Source of the DNA: Octopus sinensis
Lineage: Eukaryota
Assembly (NCBI RefSeq): GCF_006345805.1
Contig: NC_043021.1
Location: 10,540,001 to 10,604,000 of the forward strand
Direction: 5' to 3'
Length of the DNA stretch: 64,000 nucleotides
Of this stretch, positions 23,777-35,020 are shown in pieces. The notes beneath the pieces were generated by a model. That model saw only the letters and a list, made by a program, of their open reading frames with translations, did not search any database and was not told the origin of the DNA. The translations under genes and the position numbers were made by a program. Numbering within the stretch: position 1 is the stretch's first letter; each line of letters starts with the position of its first letter.

Positions 23777-24142
23777 GTATTGAATGAGTGCTTGTGTTAC
23801 TAGTATTGGCGTAATGACTCTCCCTTACCACAAAATTTATTTTAATATAACAGACTTACATGACGAATTTCGCCAACCAAATACAATAACGAAAAAGTTT
23901 GGAGTTATCTTTCTTAGATATGCTTTAACATTAGATAAGCGTTGGGGGTTATCTCCCCTTAAGTATTAGAATTATACAAAACAAACCTGTAGTAATGGTT
24001 CTAATTAGCATCAGAGAATCTTAGTGTCGCAGCATATTGGGGTACTGTAAATGTGATTTCGTAAAATCTAATTTAATATTTTGTTGTATTTTGGGAGGAC
24101 CATTACGCCAATAATGATAATCACATACGCTCTTTCAATTTC
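23777..24142. mobile_element. Second foldback element adjacent to the first
   Basis: tattggcgtaatgactctccc (23804) pairs with gggaggaccattacgccaata (about 24093); weaker pairing extends outward. Confidence 0.55.
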
Positions 24143-24946
24143 ACTTCTTTATTATTTGTCAATTGGTAGCTACTTAACCAACAAACTAATGGATTGTTTG
24201 ACAAATCATTCCGTCAATTAGTTGTGTTTGTCCAAGTCCTTTCGTCGCATTCATGGCCTCTTTAGTGAGATGCCCTCTCGGGGACAACTAGAATCTTGCA
24301 AACCAAACACAAGAACGAAAATCCAGACTAATACTTAGTGTCTTGAATAAACTGTCATTCATAATTTTCTTTTGTACATAAAATATTTTAAAACAAGTTA
24401 TAAACTATAGTCTTCTACACTTTTCCTACAGCCTTAGCTTTTTGTTAATGAGGAGGATTGCTAGAAATCCAGCAGGACAAAAATACTTCTTTTGAAAGGA
24501 TGGATGAACTTAATGTAGGGTCAACAACCAACTTGCAATAGTGTGGGGACTTAGGAATTCCTGGTTGATGCTCATCATGCTCTGAGTGAAGCACCCCTTA
24601 GCTTTTGTCTAGGCATGTCTCTAGGAGAAAGCACTGTTTGTCCTTGGCTACATCAGCAATTTATTTAGGTGGGCAGTCTAGGTTTAGCAGCCAGGGAAGG
24701 TTAGGAGAAGGGCATCTTCAACCTTAAGCCCTTACAGTAAATAAGTCTAGTAGGGAGCTCAGGGCTCTCTTACCCTATTCTTTCGAAAGACAGCTTAATC
24801 AAGCGGATGGTGATGATGTTAAAAGCTTGGAACAACATTTATAGCTTTCATTGTTCTTTCATCATTAAACATTATTTTATGTCAGTCATTCTGGTTTAGA
24901 TATTATTCCTCTTCTTCCTCAAACTCCTCTATTTCTTTATTTTCAG

Positions 24947-25005
24947 ATGTTGATGGACCAAGCAAACAGATCTGTTTGCAAAAATATTAACAATTTTATA
25001 AAACA
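24947..25005 (+). CDS. ACAP: ACAP BAR-domain exon (59 nt, phase 0/2): MLMDQANRSVCKNINNFIK(Q)
   Basis: Polypyrimidine tract plus tttcAG, GTAAGT donor; resembles ACAP2 ILFDQTQRSIKAQLQNFVKE; phase matches the next exon (CA|A). Confidence 0.92.
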
Positions 25006-25526
25006 GTAAGTAATTTTGCATTTAGATTTGTGTATGTATATATATGTGTGTGTGTGTGTATACATGTGTGTGAGTGCATGTGCACATGGGGTTGTTTCTA
25101 TGTATCTACATGTTTGTATGTTTTAGGAAGATTATGAAATTTGGGGGTTGATACTGATTTTTGAGATGTTTCTAATTTTGTTTTAATATTCAATCCACAT
25201 ACCAGTCTATTGCCAAGAAGTGAACCAAGCTTGCTAAACAGACCCAATCACTGATTCTGGATGTTTCACTATTTAACATTAACCATGGACATCCATGAAT
25301 TCTCTAGACCCTACTTGATGAAGCCTGACTTCAGAACTTTTTGAGAATGATTTTGGGACCAAGTATTCAGCTAAATGTGTTTGAAGTTTTCTTTAGATTT
25401 ATCCTCAAAAGGGAGCATAGCTCTAGCAGGGAAGAATGAAATTTCCAGTAACTGAATGTAAATGGGTAGACTTATCATTTTTCCTTGGCTAATTTGTCTG
25501 TTTTTCCATCCCTTATCTTTCTTTAG

Positions 25527-25710
25527 AGATATCAGAAAAGTGAAAGAAGCAAAGAAATATTTTGAGAAAATCAGTGATGAGATGGACAATGCCTTGATAA
25601 AAAACTCTAATGCCCTTCGCAGCAAACCTCAGGAATGTGAGGATGCAACAAATGGATTGATAGCTATGAGTTCTGCTTTTGCACACAATTCTTTGGACTA
25701 TGTGTACCAG
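25527..25710 (+). CDS. ACAP: ACAP BAR-domain exon (184 nt): DIRKVKEAKKYFEKISDEMDNALIKNSNALRSKPQECEDATNGLIAMSSAFAHNSLDYVYQ
   Basis: ctttAG acceptor, CAG|GTAACT donor; clear similarity to ACAP2 DLRKFKDAKKQFEKVSEEKENALVKNAQVQRNKQHEVEEATNILTATRKCFRHIALDYVLQ; lies within ORF 25462-25743. Confidence 0.96.
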
Positions 25711-25816
25711 GTAACTACAAATCATCATGCTACTTACAATTGAGTTTTAGCATCACTTCTTCCTTTTTCTCTACTACTCATCTCTCTTCATCTTTCTCTT
25801 CTCTCTTTATCTTCCT

Positions 25817-26449
25817 CTCCTACTTTCCACGTCTCCTACCTCCTACTTTTCGCGTCTCCTACCTCCTACTTTTCGCGTCTCCTACCTCCTACTTTTCGCG
25901 TCTCCTACCTCCTACTTTTCGCGTCTCCCACCTCCTACTTTTCGCGTCTCCCACCTCCTACTTTTCGCGTCTCCCACCTCCTACTTTTCGCGTCTCCCAC
26001 CTCCTACTTTTCGAGTCCCCCACCTCCTACTTTTCGCGTCCCCCACCTCCTACTTTTCGCGTCCCCCACCTCCTACTTTTCGCGTCCCCCACCTCCTACT
26101 TTTCGCGTCCCCCACCTCCTACTTTTCGCGTCCCCCACCTCCTACTTTTCGCGTCCCCCACCTCCTACTTTTTCGCGTACCCCACCTCCTACTTTTTCGC
26201 GTACCCCACCTCCTACTTTTCGCGTACCCCACCTCCTTCTTTTCGCGTCTCCCACCTCCTACTTTTCGCGTCTCCCACCTCCTACTTTTCGCGTCTCCCA
26301 CCTCCTACTTTTCGCGTCTCCCACCTCCTACTTTTCGCGTCTCCACCTCCTACTTTTCGCGTCTCCCACCTCCTACTTTTCGCGTCTCCTACCTCCTACT
26401 TTTCGCGTCTCCCACCTCCTACTTTTCGCGTCTCCCACCTCCTACTTTT
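25817..26449 (+). repeat. 23-bp minisatellite, about 27 copies
   Basis: Unit CTCCTACTTTTCGCGTCTCCCAC with blocks of variants. Confidence 0.97.
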
Positions 26450-27336
26450 GCACACCTCCCCTCCTACCCACCACCTCTCCCTTTCTGCTCTTCACTTCTC
26501 CCTATCTTTTACCTCTCTCTCATGCCCCTTTCTCCTTTCCCCTCAACTCTCTCTCTCTCCCCTTTATCATTTCCTCACATAATCCTTATTTTTCCTCTCT
26601 TACTCTCTTGTAATTCCAAATGTAGACATTACGTAATCCATATTATTTATCTATTATATTACTGTGGGTTAAACATTCCTACAAATATTTGTATTTGCAT
26701 ATGTATTTCTGCTGGTGTACAAATGACCTTTGTGTAAGTTTGATGTCTTTTCCTGGCTAATCTCAACCACATATCTGTAAGTGTGACAGAGTAAAGACCT
26801 AGGTTTTCTATCATGTTTTTTGGGACTTTTTAACAGATCCCTTCACTTTCATCGGCAGAGCGATAAATTAAATTTTTGTAACTAAACACTTTGAAACTGC
26901 GTATACTGGTAGAATGTGTCATATAAAACATCTTTTACTCCTAGCGTTGTTGAGAAAAGTTTCTATTTACAAAGTTATTTCGTGTTAAAGTTGTCGTATT
27001 TCGGTAATTTCAACCAATCAATGACATGTATTCAGCTGAATAAAATTACTGCCGTTGTTTGTTTAGTAAAATAATTCATTATTATCCCTTTAGCATTCAG
27101 ATTATTCTGTCAAAAGGGTAAAAACCCCCTTCAGTTATGAATGACCACAGGATTGTACCTAGAAAGTCCAGGCAAGGTTGTTTATGGAAGACAAGCAGTC
27201 GGTCATGCATACTGGCCTCTCTTCACCAAGCCAACGACCTTCTTACCACACAGCTACACCTAGCGTAGTATATTGTCGTGATAATAATTTGAAAGAGTGT
27301 GTTTGAGTGTGTGTAACCATGGTGTTTTAAACATTC

Positions 27337-27718
27337 TTTACTTTACTTACTTGTTTCAGTCATTTGACTGCGGCCATGCTGGAGCACCGCCTTTAGCCGA
27401 GCAAATCGACCCCAGGACTTATTCTTTGTAAGCCTAGTACTTACTCTATCGGTCTTTTTTGCCGAACTGCTAAGTTACGGGGACGTAAACACACCAGCAT
27501 CGGTTGTCAAACGATGCTGGGGGGAGAAACACAAATACATATACATATATATATATACAACGGGCTTCTTTCAGTTTCCGTCTACCAAATCCACTCACAA
27601 GGCTTTGGTCGGCCCGAGGCTATAGTAGAAGACACTTGCCCAAGGTGCCATGCAGTGGGAATGAACCCGGAACCATGTGGTTGGTAAGCAAGCTACTTAC
27701 CACACAGCCACTCCTGCG
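27337..27718 (-). mobile_element. SINE family A, young-looking full copy
   Basis: Close to the family consensus over its full length. Confidence 0.92.
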
Positions 27719-27891
27719 TCTGTTCATCTTGTGTTGTTATTTTTATATTAATTCTTCTCTATGCATTGTGTGAAGTCGTTATATATTAATTACTTGCTGT
27801 GCATTGCGTCTGGGTATTATATTTTGTTTATTAAGCACTCTTTATTGTGTGTAGTATAAATGACGAGCATTTTAATTATTATGTATTCCAG

Positions 27892-27936
27892 ATCAATGTT
27901 CTGCGATTGAAGAAACGATTTGATGTCTTAGAAACT
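27892..27936 (+). CDS. ACAP: ACAP BAR-domain exon (45 nt): INVLRLKKRFDVLET
   Basis: ttccAG acceptor, GTGAGT donor; matches ACAP2 INVLQSKRRSEILKS. Confidence 0.92.
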
Positions 27937-28369
27937 GTGAGTATATAAACTGTATTGATTGATTTTTATCTGTAATTTGAGTATTGAACTGTGTTTGTGT
28001 CAGTATATAGTTTTATTTTTTTACTTTTTGTCATTAAACTGTGGCCATGCTGGGGCACTGCCTTGAAGGGCTTAGTTGAATAAATCAACCTAGTATTTAT
28101 TTCCTTTTAAGCTTGGTGGTTATTATGTCAATCTCTTTTGCTGAACTGCTAAGTTATGAGGATGTAACCAAACTAACACAGGTTGTCAGGCAGTGGTGAC
28201 ACACACACACACGACAAGTTTCTTTCATTTTCCATCTTCCAAATCAGCTCACAAGACTTTGGTGAACCTGAGGCAGTTGTGGAGGACATTTACCCAAGGT
28301 GTCGTGTCGTGGGACTGAACCCGAAACCACATGGTTAGCAAAGTTTCCATGGCATATGTATTCTCCACC

Positions 28370-28580
28370 TGTGTCTGTGTTTGTACCCACCACCGCTTGA
28401 CAACTGGTGTTGCTGTTTACGTCCCCATAACTTAGTGGTTCAGCAAAAGAGATAGATAGAATAAGTACTAGGCTTACAAAGAATAAGTCCTGCAGTTGAT
28501 TTAGTCAACTAAAAAAACAAAACCTTGAAGGTGGTGTTCCAGCATGGCCACAGTCAAAGGACCGAAACAAATGAAAGATA
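28370..28580 (+). mobile_element. SINE family A, 3' half
   Basis: cttgacaactggtgttg...gatagaataagtactaggcttac...ccagcatggccacagtc. Confidence 0.8.
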
Positions 28581-28810
28581 GTAGATAAAGTAATTTTTTA
28601 CTTTTTTTTTACTTGTCTGAATTTTTTTTTTTTAATCTAGTGTAGCTCTTTTAAAATCATTGAGACCCCTTTTGATTTATTGGTCCCTTTTAAATTTAAA
28701 AAGATATTAAATTTGACTCTTTCCGGACAACCCAATACTAACGATTGATATGAATATTTCATCAGCCATCACAAATGTTTATCTCTAAACTTTTGCATTT
28801 TTTATTGCAG

Positions 28811-28906
28811 ATGTTATCTTTCATGAATGCTCAGAATACATACTTTCATCAGGGCCATGACCTTTTCATCGATTTAGACCCTTACGTCAAGAATGTCAGA
28901 GACCAG
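28811..28906 (+). CDS. ACAP: ACAP BAR-domain exon (96 nt): MLSFMNAQNTYFHQGHDLFIDLDPYVKNVRDQ
   Basis: ttgcAG acceptor, CAG|GTCAGT donor; matches ACAP2 MLSFMYAHLAFFHQGYDLFSELGPYMKDLGAQ. Confidence 0.95.
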
Positions 28907-28964
28907 GTCAGTTTAAATTTCTGTTGCATACCAACATCTATTTACATTATGTCTTTTTTTATCT

Positions 28965-29300
28965 TTTTCACTTGTTTCTGTCATTTGACTGCAGCCATGC
29001 TGGGGACATCACCTTAAAATTTTAATCAGATGTATAGACCCTGGTACTTATTTTTTGAAGCCTGGTACTTACTCTATTGGTCTCTTTTGCCGAACCACTA
29101 AGTTATAGGGATGTAAACAGCAACAACTGTTGTCGAGTTGTGGTGAGTGACACACACACATGCACAAAGAAACATACACACACATATACATATCTATGAT
29201 GAGCTTCTTTTAGTTTCCGTCTACCAAATCCACTCACAAGGCTTTGGTCGGCCAGAGGCTATAGTAGAAGACACTTGCCCAAGATGCCATGCAGTAGGAC
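28965..29300 (-). mobile_element. SINE family A
   Basis: Reverse-complement copy starting about 60 nt after the exon donor at 28906. Confidence 0.82.
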
Positions 29301-29839
29301 TGATCAATCAATCAATAAATAGAGGCGCTGTTTCCACCTAAATTCCACTTACAAAGAATTAGGCATCCTGAGTTTATCGTGGTGGATATTTGCTCTCATT
29401 GTGCACTCACTGGAGTAAGTGGCAACTCCTTACGGGGCCAGTGAATAGCAGGAACAATCTTCAGGGGAAGGACTCTCGTCAAACAAGTGTTTCAGCTCAT
29501 TAGTTCTTGAGACTCTAAGGGGGTTGGGCCCACTTAGGTCATGACCCATAAGATGTCCTTCTGCTGTTTTCAAAATGCTACCTTTTGTAGAGATTGAACT
29601 CAGAGCCTTTGGGTGATCTTCTTACCCCTGAACTGTTTTATATATCACCTGGCCACAAAGACCATCAAAAGTACCTGCATGGTGCTTCTGTTTCAATCTG
29701 GGTTTCCTTCCTACTATTCTCTGTTTAGTAGCCTGCAGTATTCTTTTCCGGCACTAGCTGTTGTTTCGCTTTTCCCATAGTCATATAGAGATCAGAACCA
29801 CGTGCTTGCAAATTGAACTCCGTGACCCCACAGCCATAA

Positions 29840-29916
<77 letters not shown>

Positions 29917-30605
29917 TGCACACACACAATCTTTTATATTTCATAAAGTATACAAACACTTGATATACAATTGATATGTTTTCATCCTGGTAACTGCCCC
30001 TTTTATCATGAGAGAAAATAGTGGATAACTCTATTGTCATTGCTGCTGCTGCTAATATTGTTAAACAGTGTGTCTTCTTTGGTGGTAGAAGGGTAAAGTT
30101 ACGGTAGTAGTAGGACAGTGGGGCTATTGTTAACATCACAAAGAGCTGTGTTGTGTGAGTGTAGCTGTGTGAGACATGTGTTTCACTGAAAGTGTCATTA
30201 AATAGACGAGAAATAATTATACCTTAACTTCACTCTCATACAACATTTAAATCAGTTCCTATATGTTTGGGACATATTTGACCTGTTCTAAGACCATAAA
30301 CATTTGTTTCCTTATTGTAAATCAGTATCAAAACATGAGCTGATTACATACAATGCCAGCCTAGTAGCATGCGTCCATCATTTCTTGGTGATTCCCTACT
30401 CTTGGTGGATGACACCTTTGTGCCACTCAGGATATTTATAGCTTTTAATGTGGAGGATGCCTCAACAGCTTGATTATGTTGTGTGTGTGTGTGTGAGACA
30501 GGCAGGTTTAGAAAGGCTCAAGGGTAAACTGAAAGGATATTTTCGATGGATATTTGTCCTCATCTTGTTTGTAGTTAACACAACGTTTCGGCTTATATAC
30601 CCTCC

Positions 30606-30706
30606 GGGCATATGGTGTAGTGGTTAAGAGCGCGGGCTACTAACCCCAAGATTCCGAGTTCGATTCCAAGCAGTGACCTGAACAATAATAATAATAATAA
30701 TAATAA
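30606..30706 (+). mobile_element. Short tRNA-only SINE with an (AAT)n tail
   Basis: GGGCATATGGTGTAGTGGTTAAG (A box) ... GAGTTCGATTCC (B box) then (AAT)n. Confidence 0.7.
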
Positions 30707-30786
30707 TGAAAGGATATTTATTTTATCTCACCGTTTATGAACAAGTCATTCTCTGAGGGAGAAGATCATAGTAAAAGAGTTCAAGT

Positions 30787-31122
30787 GATGCTGGCTCAAT
30801 GGTTAGAGCATCGGGTTCACAATCATGAAGTGGTAAGTTCGATTCTTGGACTGGGCTGTGTTGTATTCTTGAGCAAGACACTTTATTTTTCCTGTTGCTC
30901 CATTTCACTCAGCTGTAGAAATCAGTTACAATGTCACTGGTACCAAGCTGTATCAGCTTTTGCCTTTCCCTTGGATAACATTGGCGGTGCGGAGAAGGGA
31001 GGCTGGTATGCATGGGTGACTGCTGGTCTTCCATAAACGACCTTGTCTGGACTTGTGCCTCGGAGGGTAACTTTCTAGGTGCAATCCCATGGTCAGTCAT
31101 GAGTAAAGGGGATCTTTACCCT
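30787..31122 (+). mobile_element. tRNA-derived SINE (family D head)
   Basis: ctggctcaatggttagagc..gttcgattc..ttgagcaagacacttta..; 3' part ends ggggatctttaccct. Confidence 0.75.
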
Positions 31123-32583
31123 TATAGTCTAGTCTCCCGGCTAGGTGGAACTCTCCAGCTCTGTAAGGCAGTCCACTTATATGAAGGCCACTACAATGTA
31201 AAACCAACAGCATGCTGGACACCGTTGCCCTTGTGGCCCACTGTGCCACTGTGGTCAGACTTCCAAGTGGGATTGGAATGAGTGACTGACTCCCATTTTA
31301 AAACCATTTTGCACTGGCTGGGAGACAAGCCCTGCAGCATCAATGATTAATTTACAAAGCCACTTGAAGGTGTGGCACTGTTCGTCATGGTCCTTAGACA
31401 CACAGGAACTGCCATCATCATAGTCTAATCAGCTCAGGAAAAATCTATTTCTCTGCCAATCCCTTTGGCGTTATGAAAAAATTACATTCTCACTTCATAG
31501 TAGTTGCTGTGGTTGTGGCAGCGGAAGAATTGGTTGTGAGTCATCCAATGGCCATATCTACTAAAAACCTAGTAGAAGTTCTCATTCAGTTGGTTAACGA
31601 GAGGAGTTTTCCTTTGGTTCTGGATCTATTTCCCTACCACCTTCTGCTATTTGTCAGAGTTTAAAATTCAGTATTTTGTAGCTTAATCAAATGTCTTGCT
31701 AATGTTTAGAGTCGTTAAGGTGGCGAGCTGGCAGAACTCTCTATGTATGGAGTTGCTTGTGTGTTGTGTGTCTGTTTGTCTTTTGTTGTTGTGTCACAGA
31801 AAAAAAAAAAAATCCAATGTAAAGAAAAATTTGTTGCTTTTCAAATAATCTTATGATATTTGTTTAGAAATAAGTTCAGACAGTCTGTCCTAATTATGAT
31901 TATCATAAATGTGGTGAAGTAGAAATTTGTTCTTTGGTGACCCGTAATGATTCATCGTCATTGCCATGCACACTTTTCTTTTCTTGCATGGTTCGGATGG
32001 AATTTATTGAGGTAGATTTTCTATGACTGGGTGCTCTTCCTGTTGCCAACCCTCACCTGTTTCCAAGCAAGCTGATATAGGTGTAGGCATGGCTGTGTGG
32101 TAAGAAGATTACTTTCCAACCACATGGTTCTGGGTTCAGTCCCAGTGTGTGTGGCACCAAGGGCAAGTGTATTGTACTACAGCCTCGGGCTGACCAAAGT
32201 CTCGTGAGTGGATTTCGTAGATGGAAACTGAAAGAAGCCCATTATATATGCAAAATGGTTTTAAAATGGGAGTCAGTCACTCATTCCAATCCCACTTGGA
32301 AGTCTGACCACAGTGGCACAGTGGGCCACAAGGGCAACGGTGTCCAGCATGCTGTTGGTTTTACATTGTAGTGGCCTTCATATAAGTGGACTGCCTTACA
32401 GAGCTGGAGAGTTCCACCTAGCCGGGAGACTAGACTATAAGGGTAAAGATCCCCTTTACTCATGACTGACCATGGGATTGCACCTAGAAAGTTACCCTCC
32501 GAGGCACAAGTCCAGACAAGGTCGTTTATGGAAGACCAGCAGTCACCCATGCATACCAGCCTCCCTTCTCCGCACCGCCAATG
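30979..32583. repeat. Perfect 335-bp inverted repeat (30979-31313 / 32249-32583), 935-bp spacer
   Basis: Arms are reverse complements; identical ORF translations appear at 31012+ / 32281- and 30909- / 32462+. Confidence 0.95.
32085..32248 (+). mobile_element. SINE family A 5' half (3' half at about 36705-36885)
   Basis: Head through gaaactgaaagaagccc-attatata; the body resumes after the RTE tail. Confidence 0.75.
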
Positions 32584-35020
32584 GTCACCTACCGATCGGG
32601 CCGGCATGCTAGCCAAATCGACTACATCCTCGCCAGAAAAAGGGAAAGATGGCTGCTTATAAATGCCAAAACCTTCCCGGGCGAAGAATGCACCCCACAA
32701 CATAGACTGGTAGTTAGTGACTTTAGGATCAGGACTAAGAGGGCGACTAGAAGACGACCAACATGGAGAAGAAAGGTCTGGAAGCTTAAAGACCCTGCGA
32801 ATGGACAGAGATTTAGAGATATGTTACTTGAAGCCTTTGACGAAGTGGAAGGGGGTATAGCTACACATGGGGTAGAAGACAACTGGACGTTTCTGAGGGA
32901 CAACCTGCTGAAAGCCGCTGACGAGATCTGTGGCTGGTGCAAAGTCCCCTTAAGACCCAAAATAACATGGTGGTGGAACAATATTGTTGATAGGGCTATT
33001 AGACAAAGAAAGAAACAGGCTGGAAGGCTGGAAGAACGGTGGTAGCAGGGAAGTGTATCAGACTGCCAGAAGGAAGCTAGGAGACAGGTCTATCTAGCCA
33101 GAGGGGAAGCAGATAAAAGAAAATTTGCCAATGTCCTGCGCCGTGAGGATGAAAGACTTGAGGTATTTCGTGTTGCAAGACAGTGTGTGAGAGAGAATCG
33201 AGATGTGGTAGGAGAGAAATGTGTTCGCATGGAGGATGGTTCATTGCGTTAAATGAGGATGCAAAGAGAGAAGCTTGGAGACGCCACTATGAAAGGTTGC
33301 TGAATGAGGAAAATGAATGGGATAAAGAGAGTCTGCCGAATGTTGACCCAACAGAGGGACCAGCTATCCGAGTTGATAGTTCCGTGGTAGCTAAGGCAAT
33401 TAGAAGCATGAAGACAGGGAAAGCCCAGGCCCATCAGGAATTACTGCAGAGATGCTCAAAATATCTGGTAGTGTCGGCTATAGCATAGTCACCCGTATAG
33501 TTAACCAGGTGATACACGAAGGAGTCATACCCAATGACTGGTGTAGCAGCATAATAGTCAACTGCTACAAAGGTAAAGGCGATGCCCTAGATACATATAA
33601 CTACAGGGGCATCAAGCTGTTGGATCAGGTAATGAAGGTTACGGAGGGGTTATAGCCCAGTTAATTAGAGAGAGAGTTAGCTTAGATGATATGCAGTTTG
33701 GGTTCGTGCCAGGGAAAGTACTACTGATGCTATATTCCTGGTAAGACAGCTGCAGGAGAAATACCTAGCCAAAGGTAAGCCCTTGTACTTGGCTTTTGTT
33801 GACTTAGAGAAAGCCTTTGACAGGGTCCCCCGATCCCTTATCTGGTGGTCAATGAGGAAACTAGGGATAGATGAATGGTTAGTGAGAGCTGTGCGAGCCA
33901 TGTACAGAGACGCAGCTAGTAAGGTGAGGGTGGCAACGAGTACAGTGAAGAATTCCGGGTAGAGGTTGGGGTCCACCAAGGTTCAGTCCTCAGCCCCCTC
34001 CTATTTATCATAGTCCTCCAGGCAATAATGGAAGAATTTAAGACAGGATGCCCCTGGGAGCTCCTATATGCTGATGACCTTGCTCTAATTGCTGAGTCAC
34101 TATCAGAACTGGAGGAGAAGTTTCAGGTGTGGAAACAAGGATTAGAATCGAAGGGCCTTAGAATCAACCTAGCCAAAACCAAAGTCCTAATAAGTAGGAA
34201 GGTGGACCAACCACAAACGACTTCAGGTAGATGGCCCTGCTCGATCTGTAAAAAAGGTGTAGGTAGAAACTCTATAAGGTGCACCAAGTGTAAGCTATGG
34301 ACACATAAGAGGTGCAGCAATGTCAAAGGAAGGCTAACTAAGAAAATAGTTTTTGTCTGTGGCAGATGCTCAGGAGAAATAAACACTGGAAATGTGCAGA
34401 GTCCAACTTCTACCACGTTCCAGGGAGACAAACTAGAAGTAGTTGATAGCTTCCGCTACCTAGGAGACCAAGTCAGTAGCGGGGGGGGGTGTGCTGAAAG
34501 TGTAACTGCTAGAGTAAGAATAGCCTGGGCAAAGTTTAGAGAGCTCTTACCCCTGCTGGTGACAAAAGGTCTCTCGCTAAGAGTAAAAGGCAGACTATGA
34601 TGCGTGTGTACGTACAGCCATGCTACATGGTAGTGAAACATGGCCGTGACAGCTGAGGATATGCGTAAGCTTGCAAGAAATGAAGCCAGTATGCTCCGAT
34701 GGATGTGTAATGTCAGTGTTCATAATCGTCAGAGTGTAAGTACTTTGAGAGAAAAGTTGAACCTAAGAAGTGCCAGTTGTGGTGTGCAAGAGAGACGGCT
34801 GCGCTGGTATGGTCATGTGACGAGAATGGCTGAAGATAGTTGTGTGTGCAAAAGTGCTACAACCTAGCAGTTGAGGGAACCTGTGGAAGAGGTAGACCCA
34901 GGAAAACCTGGGGACGAGGTGGTGAAACACGACCTTCGAACTTTAGGTCTCACCAAGGAAATGACTGAAGACCGAGTCCTATGGAAGTGTGCTGTGCATG
35001 AGAGGACCCGGCAGGACTAG
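32584..35020 (+). pseudogene. RTE-clade LINE ORF (5'-truncated endonuclease end, RT, PHD-like finger), multiply frameshifted
   Basis: SQIDYILARK..QHRLVVSDF (APE C-terminus), YRGIKLL, QFGF, AFVDLEKAFDRVP, VHQGSVLSPLLF, LYADDLAL, FRYLG, C-terminal GRGRPRKTW; stop at 35018-35020. Confidence 0.93.

Noticed and set aside
25740-26582. 280-aa ORF with SRLPPPTFRVSHLLLFASPTSYF repeats
   Set aside because: Translation of the 23-bp minisatellite, starting at a non-ATG codon inside an ACAP intron.
30606-30685. Functional tRNA gene
   Set aside because: No pairing acceptor stem, an unusual ACT anticodon position and an (AAT)n tail indicate a tRNA-derived SINE.
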